Source: Thermoplasmatota archaeon (GTDB lineage: Archaea > Thermoplasmatota > Thermoplasmata > Halarchaeoplasmatales > Halarchaeoplasmataceae). From it: a DNA stretch of 53,657 bases. The translations under genes were made by a program, and so were the position numbers. Location: the NCBI GenBank assembly GCA_036626195.1, contig JAZKSH010000002.1:1-53657 (forward strand), read 5' to 3'. The notes under the pieces were generated by a model. The model had not been told where the DNA came from, made no database searches, and saw only the letters and a list, made by a program, of their open reading frames with translations. Positions 53,563 to 53,657 of the stretch are shown piece by piece. The number at the start of each line of letters is the position of its first letter. Position 1 is the stretch's first letter.

Positions 53563-53657
53563 TTATAAAATAGAGCTTGTATCTTTGGTTCCCCTACATG
53601 GGTTTACTACTTCCCAACTGTACAGGACTGTCGTCCTTCCGTATCTCAAGAAAATCT

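Noticed and set aside
1-53657. CRISPR arrays, IS elements, toxin-antitoxin pairs or known defence systems
   Set aside because: I scanned the intergenic regions and the ORF products. There are no regularly spaced direct repeats, no cas/transposase/integrase-like proteins and no small paired ORFs of TA type.

Overview
Gene-dense archaeal chromosomal segment with about 55 protein genes, one intron-containing tRNA-Glu and no rRNA. Archaeal origin is supported by several features:
- a tRNA intron at the canonical 37/38 site
- fibrillarin and archaeosine synthase
- isopentenyl-phosphate kinase + type-2 IDI + GGPP synthase
- WtpABC
- a type III RuBisCO / AMP phosphorylase / ribose-1,5-bisphosphate isomerase operon
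- TATA-like boxes about 25 nt upstream of several start codons

Predicted proteins are conspicuously D/E-rich. This suggests a salt-in halophile (inference); the lineage cannot be determined from this window.

Most content is core metabolism: TldD/PmbA, SHMT + GcvH, a tungsten-type AOR + polyferredoxin, NadABC, Moco biosynthesis (MoaA-E-C-B, MoeA), a tungstate/molybdate ABC transporter and ThiC. I found no CRISPR array, transposase, integrase or recognisable defence/toxin gene.

Four things are least explained by routine annotation:
1. A bacterial-type DnaA AAA+ module with both flanking domains replaced, bracketed by two zinc-ribbon proteins (15.7-18.7 kb).
2. A 4xCBS protein ending in an HPF/RaiA-like domain.
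3. A 748-aa hyper-acidic double-zinc-ribbon repeat protein, translationally coupled to the HAD gene upstream of the RuBisCO operon.
4. An AT-rich islet (about 22.0-25.3 kb) abutting the tRNA. It holds a hyper-basic 84-aa protein, small membrane proteins and a sulfotransferase gene broken by an in-frame TAG and an A9 frameshift.

All functional calls rest on motif recognition by eye. None was verified by a database search.
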